A stretch of 64,000 nt of DNA from Euglena gracilis (Eukaryota). The notes beneath the pieces were generated by a model. It saw only the letters and a list, made by a program, of their open reading frames with translations, had not been told where the DNA came from and did not search any database. Of the stretch, positions 25,101 to 36,499 are shown piece by piece (position 1 is the stretch's first letter; the number at the start of each line of letters is the position of its first letter). Made by a program: the position numbers and the translations under genes. Location of the stretch: NCBI GenBank assembly GCA_039621445.1, contig CP154954.1, forward strand, positions 18,896,642-18,960,641, read 5' to 3'.

Positions 25101-28100
25101 AGCAGAGCTGGTTGGGGCACTCTGTGTGGCTGTGTATGCACACACACGACCACCAAAGCCCATGGGCTGGCGGAGGTTTTGGGGCTTGGGTTTGGTGCCG
25201 CCCACAAAATTTCGGGGTGTACAGTTCATCGATGCTTTTACCGCAGGCATTGTTTTGAAATTAGACCTGCAGTTTTGGGGCATTGTTTGACATTACACCC
25301 GCACTTTCGGGGACAATCTTCTTGACTCACGTTTCGGGTTTCAGGACGCACGACCCTAGGGCAGAACGGGAATCGGCCAAACAGCCAGGGTGGGGGGGTG
25401 GGGGGGTCGACCCCCCCCCACCTCCTCCTGTTTCGGGGAGCACCAATTTTCGACCCCCAAAATTTTTTCCCGGCGCATTCGGCGCCGGGTGGATTTGTTA
25501 AAAAAAAATCCGTGAAAATGCTGTGGTGGTGTGGGGGGGTCGACCCCCCCACCAGGCCTTCCCGTTCTGCCCTAGGCGACCCCAAACACACACGCTGCAC
25601 GCTGGGCCCCCACAGGGAGCGCTGCCCACGGACTACCTCAGCTTCTTCTTCCTCGGGCAGCGTGAGCCGGGGCCGGGGCCGGGCCCGGCGGCGGCGAACC
25701 TCCGCGAGTGGCGGCAGGCGGAGCAGCTGTTCTCCCGCCGGCAGATGATCTACGTCCACAGGTGAGTCCGGATTTTGTCGGCAGGTGGGTGTGTAGCGCG
25801 GCAAGTTGATCCCCCCCCCCACACATGACTCCCCCAAAGCATTGTAGAAAATGCCTGAGGTGCCAAAAGGTGAAAGGGTGCAACCCCCTCAAATACCCGT
25901 CGGCCACCTACAGGGAGGGGGAAATTTGGAGATGTGTAAAATACAGCTGGAACAGGGTGCCAGAACGATGCCCGACTGCCATTTTTTCCCCCCATAGTTG
26001 TGGTCCAGCAAAAATTCCCCATTTTCTGATTTTTTTTGCAATTTTCTGTGACGGTGATGAAATGGTGCCAATCTGTGGGTGATGCCTAATTTGAGACCTG
26101 AAAATTGAGATTTTTCGGTTGGTTTCTCCTCCGATTTTGATCATAATATCCTAATTTGACAGACATGACATCTTGTTTCTGTCCCCACAAATCTCAAATC
26201 TCCAAATTCCTGTGCATTTGGGAATCCCACCAAATTTTTTTGAGGCTGCCAAATGTTTTTTTTTACTGTTTTAGCTGAGACCACCAATTTTTTCCTCAGG
26301 TCCAATTATTAGCCCAGCTCGAATGTCTTGGTTTCTTCTTCGTGTAATGCAGGTTGGGTGTTATTTGTGGGGTATCTCGATGAAGCAGCAGTTTTTCCGA
26401 AACGACAATTAATCCTCCATGTGGGTGTCGGATGCGCATTTGTATCGTGTGTTCCAGGCCAGGCTTCTTTTTTAAGGAAGTGCAGCCCCCCCCCCCAGGG
26501 TGTGTGCTGTGGGCAGGCAGGGGGTAGGGATTTTCGACCCCCTGAGGGGGGGGGTAGGGTGCTGGGATGGGTAGTGCTAGAGCACACCCCCGGTGCCTTC
26601 AGTGCCGGGGTCCCAAAAATTGCCCTTTTCAAGCGATAATTTGTTTTGTCTGCAGGTACCGGGGTCCAAAACCGACCCCCCTGGGGGGGTGTGCCTGCTA
26701 TGGGCAGGCACACGTGCTATGCACAGGGCACCCCCCTCCCCCCGGGGTTGGTAAAAAGAAACCTGTTCTAGGCACATCCGTGGTACATGTCATCCATGCT
26801 TTTCGGAGGTGCCTTTTGGCTCGAAACCCCCGCAGCTGTCCCTCCGATGTCCTGCAGCAAATTAATGGTTGTAGATGATGAGTACGTCCTGCTGGGCAGC
26901 GCCAACATCAACGAACGGTCAATGGCAGGTTGCGTGTCGTTGCGATACGGCATATACCCTCCGGTCCCTTTGTCTTCGTCTATTCTATCTATATCTATGT
27001 CTATATCTATGTCTATATCTATATCTATATCTATATCTATATCTATATCTATATCTATATCTATATCTATATCTATATCTATATCTATATGTGTATATAT
27101 ATATGTATATATGTATATATATACATATATATACATATATGTATATATACATATATATACATATATATATATATATCTTTTGTATTCTTGAAATGACAAG
27201 AAAAGGTGGAAATGACAAGCAAATGCTGAGCATCGGAGTGCGCATCCCCCAAGGGCCGGAACTTGGTCCCTCAAAAGTACGCACCTGCACCTGCATTGAC
27301 CCTCAGGCTTCTTATGAGGAAGGTCGGTACCCCAGCATGCAATTTTTTACTGACCCGGGGGGGGGGGGAGGGGGGGCACTCCACTCTTCGAAAAACCAGT
27401 CAGCCATTTTTTTTTTGGGAAACCAGTCAGTCCCCCCCCTGGGGGGATTGGCCACTCAGGAAAACCGGCCACTTTCCAGTCACTTTAGGCCAAAAAATTT
27501 TTCCCGGCGCCTTTGGTGCCGGGGTCAACCAATCCACTTTTGCCAACCCCTGGCTGACCCCCCCGGGGGAGGGGGGGGAGGGGGTCCAGGCCAAAACCAG
27601 TCAGTCACCCCCTGGGGGGGTCGGCCAGTGACTAAGTGATTGTATGCCCCCCAGGGCGGCGGGCTCGGCTCTTGGACAGGGGATTTTGCTTTGGGCGGCC
27701 CAAATATGGCACCCGGGGGGTTCGGTTTTGAGTCCCGGTATGGCCCGACCCAGACATATTTTCTTGAAAATGGTCATTTCGGGTCCCCGGCACCAAAGAT
27801 ACCGAGGAATGTGCTTCAGCCGTCCTCAAAACCCGTCCCCCGTCCCGGCTGCCACCGGCCTCTTTCCCTGCGCTGCCAAGGTTATTGGTCTTATCCCTCT
27901 GCCAATCCAAAAGTTGCCAGGGAGATACCTTATTGACCCAGGGGGCGGTTGGCAGGGGAAGCAAGTGGAAAAAATTTCCACTAAAAAAAAGTTGAAAAAA
28001 TTTCCCACCGGCGGGCACAAAGGACAAGAAGAATTTTGACCCCCCAAAAACTTAAAAAAATGCCTGTTTTGGTATTTTTCTTGGACATTTTCTGGAATGA

Positions 28101-31100
28101 AAATTCCTTGGGCACTGCACGCCAAAATGAGGGTTCTAACGTGTTTTGGGCTGAAACTCAGCCCAAAACACGTTAGAACCCTCATTTCGGCGTGCAGCAG
28201 TGCCCAAGGAATTTTCTTTCCAGTTAGGTGGACCCTGCCTCCCCCACCCGGGATGGGCGGTGTAGCTGGTAGCTTTATTCTGGTGGTTTGCATCTGCCCA
28301 ACCCCCCCAAATAGTATTGCACTGCAGCATTATTGGACGGCCACCTCAGGCGGCGGGGGGTGCAGCACTATTTGGACCGTGCCGTATTATTGGACTGGGT
28401 GCCACTTCGTCCCGCCTATTACCACAGGCACCCTTTTTGCCTACTCGATGTCCTTCTCTGAGGCCAGCGAGGTGCACTCCGGTTGTCTATTCGTTTCTGA
28501 CGACTTCCGAGTTTTTCGGGTGGGAATTTGCCCCCTTTCCCCTCTCTGCATGTTACAAAAGGTGCCTGCAGTTAGCTGCACGAGCTTCTACGCATTTCAC
28601 ATTGCTATGTTTTTTGGGGGGTGCAGCACTCTTGGACGCTCACTTCATCCGGCGGGAAGTGCAGCACTATTTGAACCCACAGCTCTATTGGCCCCGTAGC
28701 ACTATTAGGGAGGGGGGTTTAGCCAATGGAGCCTGCTCGAGTCTCAAACAAAAGCCTGCTTGCTGCCAGCAAGTGACCCGACAAGTTGGACCAGCCTGTC
28801 CTCAGGCATTTCTAAGGCGTTCCTGAGCGCCCCCCCCCCCTCTCCCCCAGGAGACCGGGACACAGAGATCTGCCTGGGGATGCACCAGCCCGACTTCGCT
28901 CGGCAGGGGGCAGGCTTGACCGGGAAGGGTTGATCCTCATTCCGATCTTATTCACCTGTTGCTTGAATTTGGGGAAGCCAGAGTGGAGAACTCCGGGGGA
29001 CAGGGGGACACTGCAAGAAGGCATCATATCTTCATCATCTTTTCTTTTTTCAAAAAAATTGAAAATTTTTGGGTCTGAGCTAAGAATACTCGGGTGTGAT
29101 TTCTTTTTGTGGACCAGATGCCAGTTCCCAAACTCCAACCCCTCGCCCCAAGTGGAGGGTGGAGGGGAGTTGGTTTGTCTGGGCGGCCTTGCCGAAAGGC
29201 TGCTTAAAAATTTGTCACGAAGGTCACCCAGAAATGTCTCTTTGTTTTGAAGAGGAGGAAGATTCTGGCACGTTTTTTTTTTGGAGGGAAAATGGAGGCT
29301 TGGAACGGACCCCAGACTGCGGACCCCCACCGCTCACCGGCACCTCCCAGGTCTCACACCATTCACAACCCAAACCCGAACCCCAACCTTAACCCTGACC
29401 CAAACCCCAACGACCCTAACGCTCGCCTAACGCTCGACCAAACCTGAAGCCTATCTGCAGCCCTCGCCTCTCCCTGCCATATGTGTGAGTGTGGGTTGAG
29501 CCCAGTAGGAAAATCCCACACACAATGGGAGGATTTCGCTCTCTTGATACTCACTCTTCTGTTCAAGTCTGGTTGAGGGCTACCCTCCCTGGCGGCCAGG
29601 TTGCTGGCTTCCGCCTGTCCCTGTGGGCGGAGCACACTGGTGCATATGAAAACGTCTACCGGGCAGGACGCTACGCCGCATAGGGCCAGGTGGGTGCATG
29701 TATCTCTTTTTTGTGTGTGGTGTGTTTGTGTATGCGTGTGTATGCGTGTGTATGTGGCATGTATGCGCGCGTGTTTGGTGGCTGGGTGTATGTGGTTCGT
29801 GTGTGCGGGCGGGCGGGCGGGCGGGCGGTTGGGCTTGTGGGTGTGGTGTGGGTGTGTGTATATGTGGTGTGCGCGCGTTTGGTGTGTGTGTGTGTGTGTG
29901 CGCGCCAGGCATTTGCTTAAGGGATTGCAGTACCCCCCCGGGGGGGGGCTGGACTGCAGCTAGTCCAAATTTGGCTAGTGGGGTTTCTAGCAGACCCCCC
30001 CCCGGGGCGGTCTGCTAGCAGGGCTAGCTAGTGGAAAAAATTTTTCCAGTGACCGGCGCGAAGCGCCGAAAATTTTTTTGGGGACCCCCAAAAATGGCCA
30101 AAAATGCCTGTTTTTGGCCATTTTTGGGAATTTTTGGAACAAAATCAGCCAAAGATCTGTTAAAAACCTCATTTTTCCTCCGGCGCGCAGCGCCGGAGGA
30201 AAATTTTTTTTCCAGTCCGGGGGACCCCCGGACCCCCCCCCCCCCGGGGGGGGTCTAGCTAGTCCACTTTTTCCAGTGTCTAGCCGATTGGCTAGCCAGT
30301 ACCCCCCCCCCCCGGGGGTCCTTAAGCAAATGCCTGGTGCGCGCGCGCGCGTGTGTGTGTGCGGGCGGGCGGGCGGGTGAGTGTATGTTTTCCCCCCTCC
30401 AACTTTGTCGGCGCTGCCCTGTCAGCATTTTCCAAGCTCAGTGGAGTGCATCCGCCGTGTGAATCAGCTGGCAGGTGTGTGGCTCGCTCCCCCCAGCATC
30501 AGGGCTCTCAGTCTCATGTGTTTAGAATCCTTTGAATGTGTGTGTTCATTTGACTTCATTTGTATTTCACTCAAAGCGTTTGCATGAATTATTTTTTCTT
30601 TGCTTATCTTCTTCAGCCTCAGTCACCTCCCAAAGTGGTATAATGACTCCTTTCATTTTCCGTTCATTTTCGGCTGAACAATCCTGGCGTGCACCCAACG
30701 GGGATGGGGATGTCAGGGAGCCCTGGGGGACCCTGTCCCTTGGGGGGGGGTCCGGCCAGCCAGCACCTTTTTTCCAGCCAGCACCTACCAGCTGGGGAGC
30801 GGACCCCCCCCCCCCGGGTCTGCTGAAATAAGGTTCGTGCCAGCCCGTCTAAGCCGGGCTGGACCGAAAAAATGAAATGGCCAAAAAGTGGCATTTTGGG
30901 GTCGTTTTGGGGGTTTCATATCCAAATTTTGGCTGAAAAATGCCGACCCAGCTGGATTCGGGCTTTTTTGGGCATTTTTGGGAACCTGCCGGGTCCAGCT
31001 CCCAGCCAGCTGGACCTCCCCCCCCCCCCCCAGACCCGGGTCCAGCCAGCACCTTTTTCCAGCCGGCCCACAGGACCCCCTGGGGTGCTTAAGAAAACCC

Positions 31101-31583
31101 CTTTGCGCGACATTATCATTTTTTCCGTCGTTTTTTTTTGAACAACGATGTCCCATTTGGAGCGTCGGATTATTTGTATCTCTTTTGTGTACCCCCCAAA
31201 ATTGACTTTGCTTGCAGAGTACAACTGGGAGCTGTATTGTGCGGATGAGGTGAGGCCACTCGGTGGCCACCTGTGCAGGTTGCAACCCCTCCCACGCAAG
31301 CGAACGCCCAAATCACCTCAAGGTGGTGTTTTTTTTTCAAGGAAACTAATCAAAGCTTGCCTGCTTACCCCCATAATACTTCTTTGTGGCACCATTTTAA
31401 CCCCCCAAGAATCCTCCATCCTTTGTTGCATTTCCCACCGTGAGAAATGCCACACATTCTACACCTGAAATTGCACGTACAAGGTATATGTATTACAAAG
31501 ATAAAACCAAAAGCACCTTTTTCACGACCCGTATGCTAAGCGCGGTGCATATTTTATTGATAGTCTGTCCATAGCTTTCTTTG

Positions 31584-31628
<45 letters not shown>

Positions 31629-32607
31629 CGGCTGTGTATGTATGCATGTTTACAGCATAATGCCCAAACAACTTTGCTCCCCTTCAAAGGAGAAATAAAA
31701 GTGAAAACCGATGCATCTTTTTGGAAAATTATGAGGTTGTAATCACAAAAATTCATCGAACCACCTGATGTTCTGTGTCCGATGAATAGAAGCATGGAAT
31801 TCTGTCACAATTATATGTAAAAACAGCATTTGGCAAGTTACAATCGGGAAAAGTGGTCAATCGGTCCATTAATGGTTTTGGGTGCTGCCCAAAGAAATCG
31901 CCAAAAACATTGGTCCACTAATTTTGCAGCTGCAAAGTTTTTCAGGGGGGAGGCCACAAATGAACAAACTGCAAAAGGAAACTGTCTCTTGTGCCAGTAT
32001 CCACAATATATATGTCCCCTACTGGTAACTACACGAGCAAAACCATGTGGAGAAATGGTGGAGGAGAAACCAAATGGTGGAAGGAAAAAATGCACAACAT
32101 CTTTTTTGTCATTCCATTTCCATTTCCATTTCTATGCCTTATGAAATCTGTTTTGAACCAATAAATATCCAGGAAAAGAGCATCCCCCCAAAGCATCGCC
32201 CCTGAGCTTCACTTTGGGCTGTACAGATACTAAACAGGCTCTACCCTTGTGTGTCCTTCGTCTTAAACAGGCTTGACCTCCCCCTCCTAAACAACTTCGC
32301 AGTGCCTTACAGCTGTGGGGAAAGGCACAAGTGAATGGCAAACTCATCTGTGGAAGGACGAGGACATTGATCGTGGCTGCTTTTCTCTTTTCTCCTTTTT
32401 TTTTAAAAAGCGACGGCCGTTTCGCACAGGTATCCGTTCCAGATCGCGCTGGACGGCTCCGTGGTTCCTCTGCAGCCGTGCTTTCCGGACACGCGGGCCA
32501 GCATCGCTGGCTCCCCACAGCCCACCGTGCCCACCATCGTAACTGAACGGGCGGTCTGTGGTTTGTGCGGCACCAGATTTGTTCCACCCAACAGATGGGA
32601 ACTTTAA
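4111..32607 (+). CDS. C2-domain phospholipase D (plant PLD alpha/beta/delta-like), multi-exon; 5' end not resolved
   Basis: Hand-built exons, all phase-compatible (2331 nt, ~776 aa): 4111-4246, 6519-6628, 7444-7526, 7907-8003, 8584-8672, 9150-9201, 9568-9649, 10209-10260, 10633-10729, 10815-10851, 11018-11033, 12127-12138, 12445-12652, 13927-13974, 14514-14588, 15344-15377, 19496-19606, 20573-20649, 20899-20969, 22753-22844, 24061-24167, 25616-25761, 26858-26928, 28851-28907, 29577-29660, 30427-30474, 31218-31278, 32430-32607. Motifs: C2 ([31 protein letters not shown]), [29 protein letters not shown]1 [62 protein letters not shown]2 [40 protein letters not shown]. The two micro-exons and the C-terminus are the least certain parts. 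Confidence 0.93.
7527..7906 (+). other. GC-AG spliceosomal intron
   Basis: TG|GCATGC...CTCAG|G restores ...[18 protein letters not shown] in frame. Confidence 0.7.
8673..9149 (+). other. Euglenid nonconventional intron
   Basis: ATC-CAGGGTTGG...CCAGCCCTG-CAGAC. Ends pair in the +4/-6 register, and removal gives [15 protein letters not shown] in frame. Confidence 0.8.
10261..10632 (+). other. Euglenid nonconventional intron
   Basis: GAG-CAGGGAGGGG...CCCCCCCCTG-GGGGGC (6 nt after CTG). Removal gives [12 protein letters not shown]. Confidence 0.8.
10730..10814 (+). other. Short (85 nt) nonconventional intron
   Basis: 5' GCCCCCGCAGCTGCTCA pairs with 3' TGAGCATCTGCGTGGCAAC in the +4/-6 register. 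Removal restores the PLD motif GLMKTH-DQET. Confidence 0.85.
11034..12126 (+). other. Probable nonconventional intron between two micro-exons
   Basis: AAT-CAGTTTTGGGCATTG...CAGTG(CGA)CCCAAACTG-ACGCAA. An alternative exon at 12107-12137 is also in frame. Confidence 0.5.
12139..12444 (+). other. Nonconventional intron with long terminal complementarity (MITE-like)
   Basis: GGA-CAACTTGCAAGGATGGATATTG...CAATATCCATCCCTGCAACCTG-TCTTC, about 20 bp of inverted repeat. Confidence 0.65.
12445..12652 (+). CDS. PLD exon with first HKD catalytic motif
   Basis: Translates ...[16 protein letters not shown]...[22 protein letters not shown]...DFYQ, then a GT donor at 12653. Confidence 0.95.
13975..14513 (+). 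other. Euglenid nonconventional intron
   Basis: CCG-CACCATTGC...GCAATGGCCTG-GCCCT. Removal restores GPRQPWH-DVH, with no GT/AG at the junctions. Confidence 0.85.
16525..16680 (+). repeat. (CACACC)n hexamer microsatellite, with inverted (GGTGTG)n copy at ~17270-17468
   Basis: Directly visible. It lies inside both arms of the foldback element and differs in copy number between them. Confidence 0.95.
16861..17813 (+). pseudogene. 5'-truncated Tc1-like DDE transposase (D-37-E spacing), three exons
   Basis: Exons 16861-16904, 16957-17091 and 17627-17813 give [27 protein letters not shown]...[17 protein letters not shown]...[23 protein letters not shown]. Introns: GT-AG 16905-16956 and nonconventional 17092-17626. 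Confidence 0.88.
20650..20898 (+). other. Euglenid nonconventional intron
   Basis: AGC-CATGCGATCGC...GCGATCGCCTG-CCTGG. Removal restores the conserved IYIENQ-YFLGS. Confidence 0.88.
23241..23669. mobile_element. hAT-like MITE
   Basis: CAGGG...CCCTG termini with a perfect 8-bp TSD TTGTGAAG (23233-23240 and 23670-23677). Confidence 0.88.
25357..25574. mobile_element. hAT-like MITE (TAGGG termini)
   Basis: 16-bp TIR TAGGGCAGAACGGGAA, flanks CACGACCC/GGCGACCC (6/8). A related copy lies at ~13590-13805. Confidence 0.7.
25616..26928 (+). CDS. PLD exons 25616-25761 and 26858-26928 with second HKD motif
   Basis: [14 protein letters not shown]...[29 protein letters not shown], joined across GT-AG intron 25762-26857. 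Confidence 0.95.
26460..26765. mobile_element. hAT-like MITE
   Basis: CAGGCTTCTTTTT...AAAAAGAAACCTG, with TSD TTCCAGGC/TTCTAGGC (7/8). Confidence 0.8.
26985..27178. repeat. (ATATCT)n / (TA)n microsatellite
   Basis: Directly visible. Other tracts: (TA)n at 1935-2030, 31586-31627 and 32865-33000, and (TCTA)n at 33862-34030. Confidence 0.95.
28908..29576 (+). other. Euglenid nonconventional intron
   Basis: GGG-CAGGCTTGACCGGGAAG...CTTCTGTTCAAGTCTG-GTTGA. Removal gives [22 protein letters not shown]. Confidence 0.8.
29661..30426 (+). other. Euglenid nonconventional intron
   Basis: GGG-CAGGACG..CGCCG...CGGCGCTGCCCTG-TCAGC. Removal gives [22 protein letters not shown] alternative is also in frame. 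Confidence 0.65.
29906..30336. mobile_element. hAT-like MITE
   Basis: Perfect 17-bp TIR CAGGCATTTGCTTAAGG and 8-bp TSD GTGCGCGC. A related 5' end lies at ~13138. Confidence 0.9.
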
Positions 32608-32865
32608 TTGTCAATGACCTCCCGGGGGGGATCAAAAGCGTTCACAGCACCCCCCCCAGCCCAACAGCCCCAGTGGCAGTGGTTATTCAGTCATGGTTGT
32701 TTGGGCAACTGGCCATCTTTTTTTTTTGAAGCAGTTCAATTGAATTTTCACGTTTCACTGTTCTGGATGTGGATGGTGTCTATAGCACCCCCCCCCTTGC
32801 CACCTGAAGGCGCCGGGGGGCATTGAAAATGGCCATTTTCAAGGGAAATTTTGGCTAGACCTGAG

Positions 32866-32989
<124 letters not shown>

Positions 32990-33002
32990 CATATACATAT
33001 AT

Positions 33003-33527
33003 TCAGGGGGGGGGAAATTGATATCCGCAATTTTTCCGCAATTTCCGCAATTTTCCGCAATTTCCGCAATTTTCCGCAATTTTCCGCAATTTTTCCGCAA
33101 TTTCCGCAATTTTTCCGCAATTTTTTCCCATTTTTTTTCCGCAGAATTTTTTTCCCACCACCGAAGATGGAAGATGCAATGAGTTCAAGCCATTCTTCAA
33201 ATGGATCAACAGGTGTGCTATTGTGTTTTGTTGTTTTTTTCCCCCCAGTTTACCAATTTTTCTCACAGGTGCACCACTGGTCACAGGATTGGGTGCGTCC
33301 CACCTGTGCAAAAAACATCAAGCGTGTTGATTTGTGCTCGCCTGCATCGACGTGGGTGTTGCGGTGTTCTGAACCTCACAATTGAAAAATTTCTAAGTCC
33401 CCTCAGACAGAAATGTGTATACCCGATATCAATTTTTCCGCAATTTTTCCGCAATTTCCGCAATTTTTCCGCAATTTTTCCGCAATTTTTCCGAAGGCCT
33501 CCGATATCAATTATCCCCCCCCCCCTG
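33003..33527. mobile_element. MITE inserted in (TA)n, with internal (TTTTCCGCAA)n tandem blocks
   Basis: CAGGGGGGGGGAAATTGATATC...GATATCAATTATCCCCCCCCCCTG ends and two subterminal tandem arrays. Confidence 0.7.
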
Positions 33528-33528
33528 C

Positions 33529-33589
<61 letters not shown>

Positions 33590-33592
33590 TAC

Positions 33593-33627
<35 letters not shown>

Positions 33628-33747
33628 TTATTTGAAGGAGTAGGGTTAGGCGTTACATGGCCATGTTGCGCTACCTGGCCATGTTGCGCAACGTAGCCAC
33701 GTTGCACAACATAGCCATGTAGCGCCTAACCCTACTCCTTCAAATAA
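33628..33747. repeat. Small foldback palindrome (~40-bp arms)
   Basis: TTATTTGAAGGAGTAGGGTTAGGCG...CGCCTAACCCTACTCCTTCAAATAA. Confidence 0.85.
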
Positions 33748-33893
33748 GGGGGGTGTAGGGGGGGTAGGGGGGGCCCCACAAGTTCTGCCCGACATATATA
33801 AAATATATAATACATAATATTATATATACATATAATATATATAATATATATAATACCTTTCCATCTATCAATTTATCTATCTATCTATCTATA

Positions 33894-34028
<135 letters not shown>

Positions 34029-34042
34029 ATGGCAGCCATATT

Positions 34043-34317
34043 CTAAATGCTCCCCCCCCCCCAGGGCCCCCCCCCAGGGGGTCCATTTAGAGTGTCCAGG
34101 GGGTCGAAATAGTTTTTTTTGCGTTAATGATGGAATAGGGTTAGGTGCGCGACTTAGGGTTAGGGTTAGGCCTAACTTGTACACCTAACACCCGTCTATA
34201 AGTTAGGCCTAACCCTAACCCTAAGTCGCGCACCTAACCCTATTTCATCATTAACACAAAAAAAACCATTTCGACCCGCTGGACACTCTAAATGGACCCC
34301 CCCCCGGAGGCCATTTA
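34043..34317. repeat. Foldback element (~105-bp arms) containing TTAGGG/CCCTAA units
   Basis: Arms ~34077-34181 and ~34197-34301 are near-perfect reverse complements. Confidence 0.85.
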
Positions 34318-34938
34318 TTTGCATTTTTTTGCAGTCTTATTTTGCAATTTTCAAAATTTTGAAACTCAAATTTTCCACATAATTCCATCCGATAGTTGAA
34401 AATTTGGTGCCATTCTTGCATGTTTGCTGAGGCATTTTTTTTTTGCATTTTTGTTATTTTTGCGCTTTTTTCTCAGCAACCAGAAATTCCAACACTGAGT
34501 TGCAAGGTCCAGGACGCTTTTTTCTGAGAAACCAGAAATTCCAACACTCGGTTGCAAGGTCCAGGACAATCCGATTTAGTCTAGTTTAGTCTTAGTTTGT
34601 CCTGACACCCCCAGGGCCTGGGCACGAAAGGAACAACTTGGAACTTTACGGTCTGTGGGCACAGGGCTGCCGACCGAAGGGTCATGAGATTTCAACAGGG
34701 TGCCCAAATATTTCTGGATCATATTAAGAAAACTGCCCATTTTTTTCTATCACCATTTTTTTCCGAACCAATTTTATCTGTGCCCAATCCCCTCTGCAAT
34801 ATGTATGTATGTATTCACACATGCATGCAGGAAGTCTGAGTTTTTCATCCCACAAGTGTGCCCATTGCGCAGATGCGCAATGAAGTCACATTTTATCATA
34901 TGCGTTGAGTATCTATTGCGCAAGCACACAAGTGTAAC

Positions 34939-35165
34939 TAAACCCCCCCCCCCAAATAACACCCCCCCCCGGTGTGTTATTTGGGCACCCGAACTGGGGC
35001 CCCAGGGGGGGGTGTGTTATTTGGGGGGGGGTGTTATTTTTACATGGAAAACCAAAGGAAAACAGGGGGGGGGTGTTATTTGGGCGCTCGAAATCGGCCC
35101 CCGAGGGGGGTGTGTTATTTGGGGGGGGGGTGTTATTTGGGGGGGGTGTTATTTGGGGGGGTTTA
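34939..35165. mobile_element. TA-flanked MITE with (GTGTTATTTGGG) internal repeats
   Basis: TAAACCCC..AAATAACAC...GTGTTATTTGGGGGGTTTA, with a near-identical reverse-complement copy at 63722-63940. Confidence 0.85.
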
Positions 35166-36499
35166 CAGCACAAGTGCACAACGACCACCCATATTTAAAA
35201 TTACACATTTTTTTGTGTAAAATGCACAAATGCACAATGTATTAAATTTTCAATGTGATTTATTTATTGTAAAACACTGGTTTGCCGTTGCGTAAATGCG
35301 TAATAGAGTCCTCTCAGTTATTACCAACGCTTCGGGTTTACCTTACTGGATCCTGGTCCAGAAAATAGCCATTTAGATGGGGGGAGGGGATGCGCTAGCC
35401 TGGCTTCCAAAAATTATGCAACAGCACAACTCCCCAGTGATTTTCAAAGCTGTGTGCGGATTGGGCTGCCCAAGTGTTACATTTTGTGGACAAATTTTGC
35501 ATTAAGTTTGCTGCCGTTGTCCAAAGGCAACGCTTGCTTTTAAATTTGAAATTTGTGTTTCCACTTCTATTTTGCATGTGGAAAGGAAAAGTTTTTTTAC
35601 AAGAAATTTGTCTTTTTGGGCAAAAAATCTCACTTCCTGTAAATTCAGGTGTTTCAAGGTTGAGAGTTTGTAAAAAAAACCCTAACCCCTAATCCCACTT
35701 GCCTAACCCCACTTTCCTTGTTCTCAATTCCATAGAAACGTAAATTTCGTTGATCTTAAAGGCCATCTTCTTCTCCCGCTGTGAGATGAGTTTTAAGTGA
35801 CCCCCCCCCCCCAATGAGACCCAAGTCTTATTTTGGGTTGCTGGAAACCATCCAGAGGGTTCTTATTTTTTGTATTTTTTTCACCATCCCGAGTCTGGGA
35901 AAATCATAGTTTTCCAGGTTCTCAATACATTAAAAATTTTGCTTCGGCGCTTCCAGCCATGTGTAAATTGGTTCAATTTGACTTTTATCATTTTTTTTGA
36001 AACTCAAAAATCCCCCAAAAAATTGAAATTTCATCATTTTCCTGTCTGAAATTGGGGTTTTGATTTTTCAGGGAAAAGTTTCACCGTCTCTGGCGCTTTG
36101 CGCCGTCAGGGGGGTGTTCTATTTTGAGGAGTCTTCTATCTGTATTTCGCTCGATTGGCCCAACGAAGGGTTTTTGGGAGGTTTTATTTAGTAGGGGGGT
36201 TTAGGTTCGTTGTGCATGTACGCAAAATTTCTTGTTTTTAAATTTGACGAAAAAGGTTGTGTTGTTTTGTGTTCTCTTTGTGTGTTTTTTTTTTGCAGGG
36301 ATTGGTGCTTGTCCTGAAACGGATCACTGCAGATAACAATGGACGACTCCAGGACGAGCCCAAACCCCGATACATAATATGGATAACCACAGACAGTTAC
36401 GGATAGACCAAATTTTCAAGCTCGGATAATTACAATTAACTGCAACTGACTGCGGATAAGCCATTTTTTGATTTTTTGATCAGTGAGAATTTGGCCAGT

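Noticed and set aside
18080-25240. Three copies of a ~150-bp repeat (~18080, ~18560, ~25095)
   Set aside because: Ordinary dispersed intronic repeat with no definable ends.
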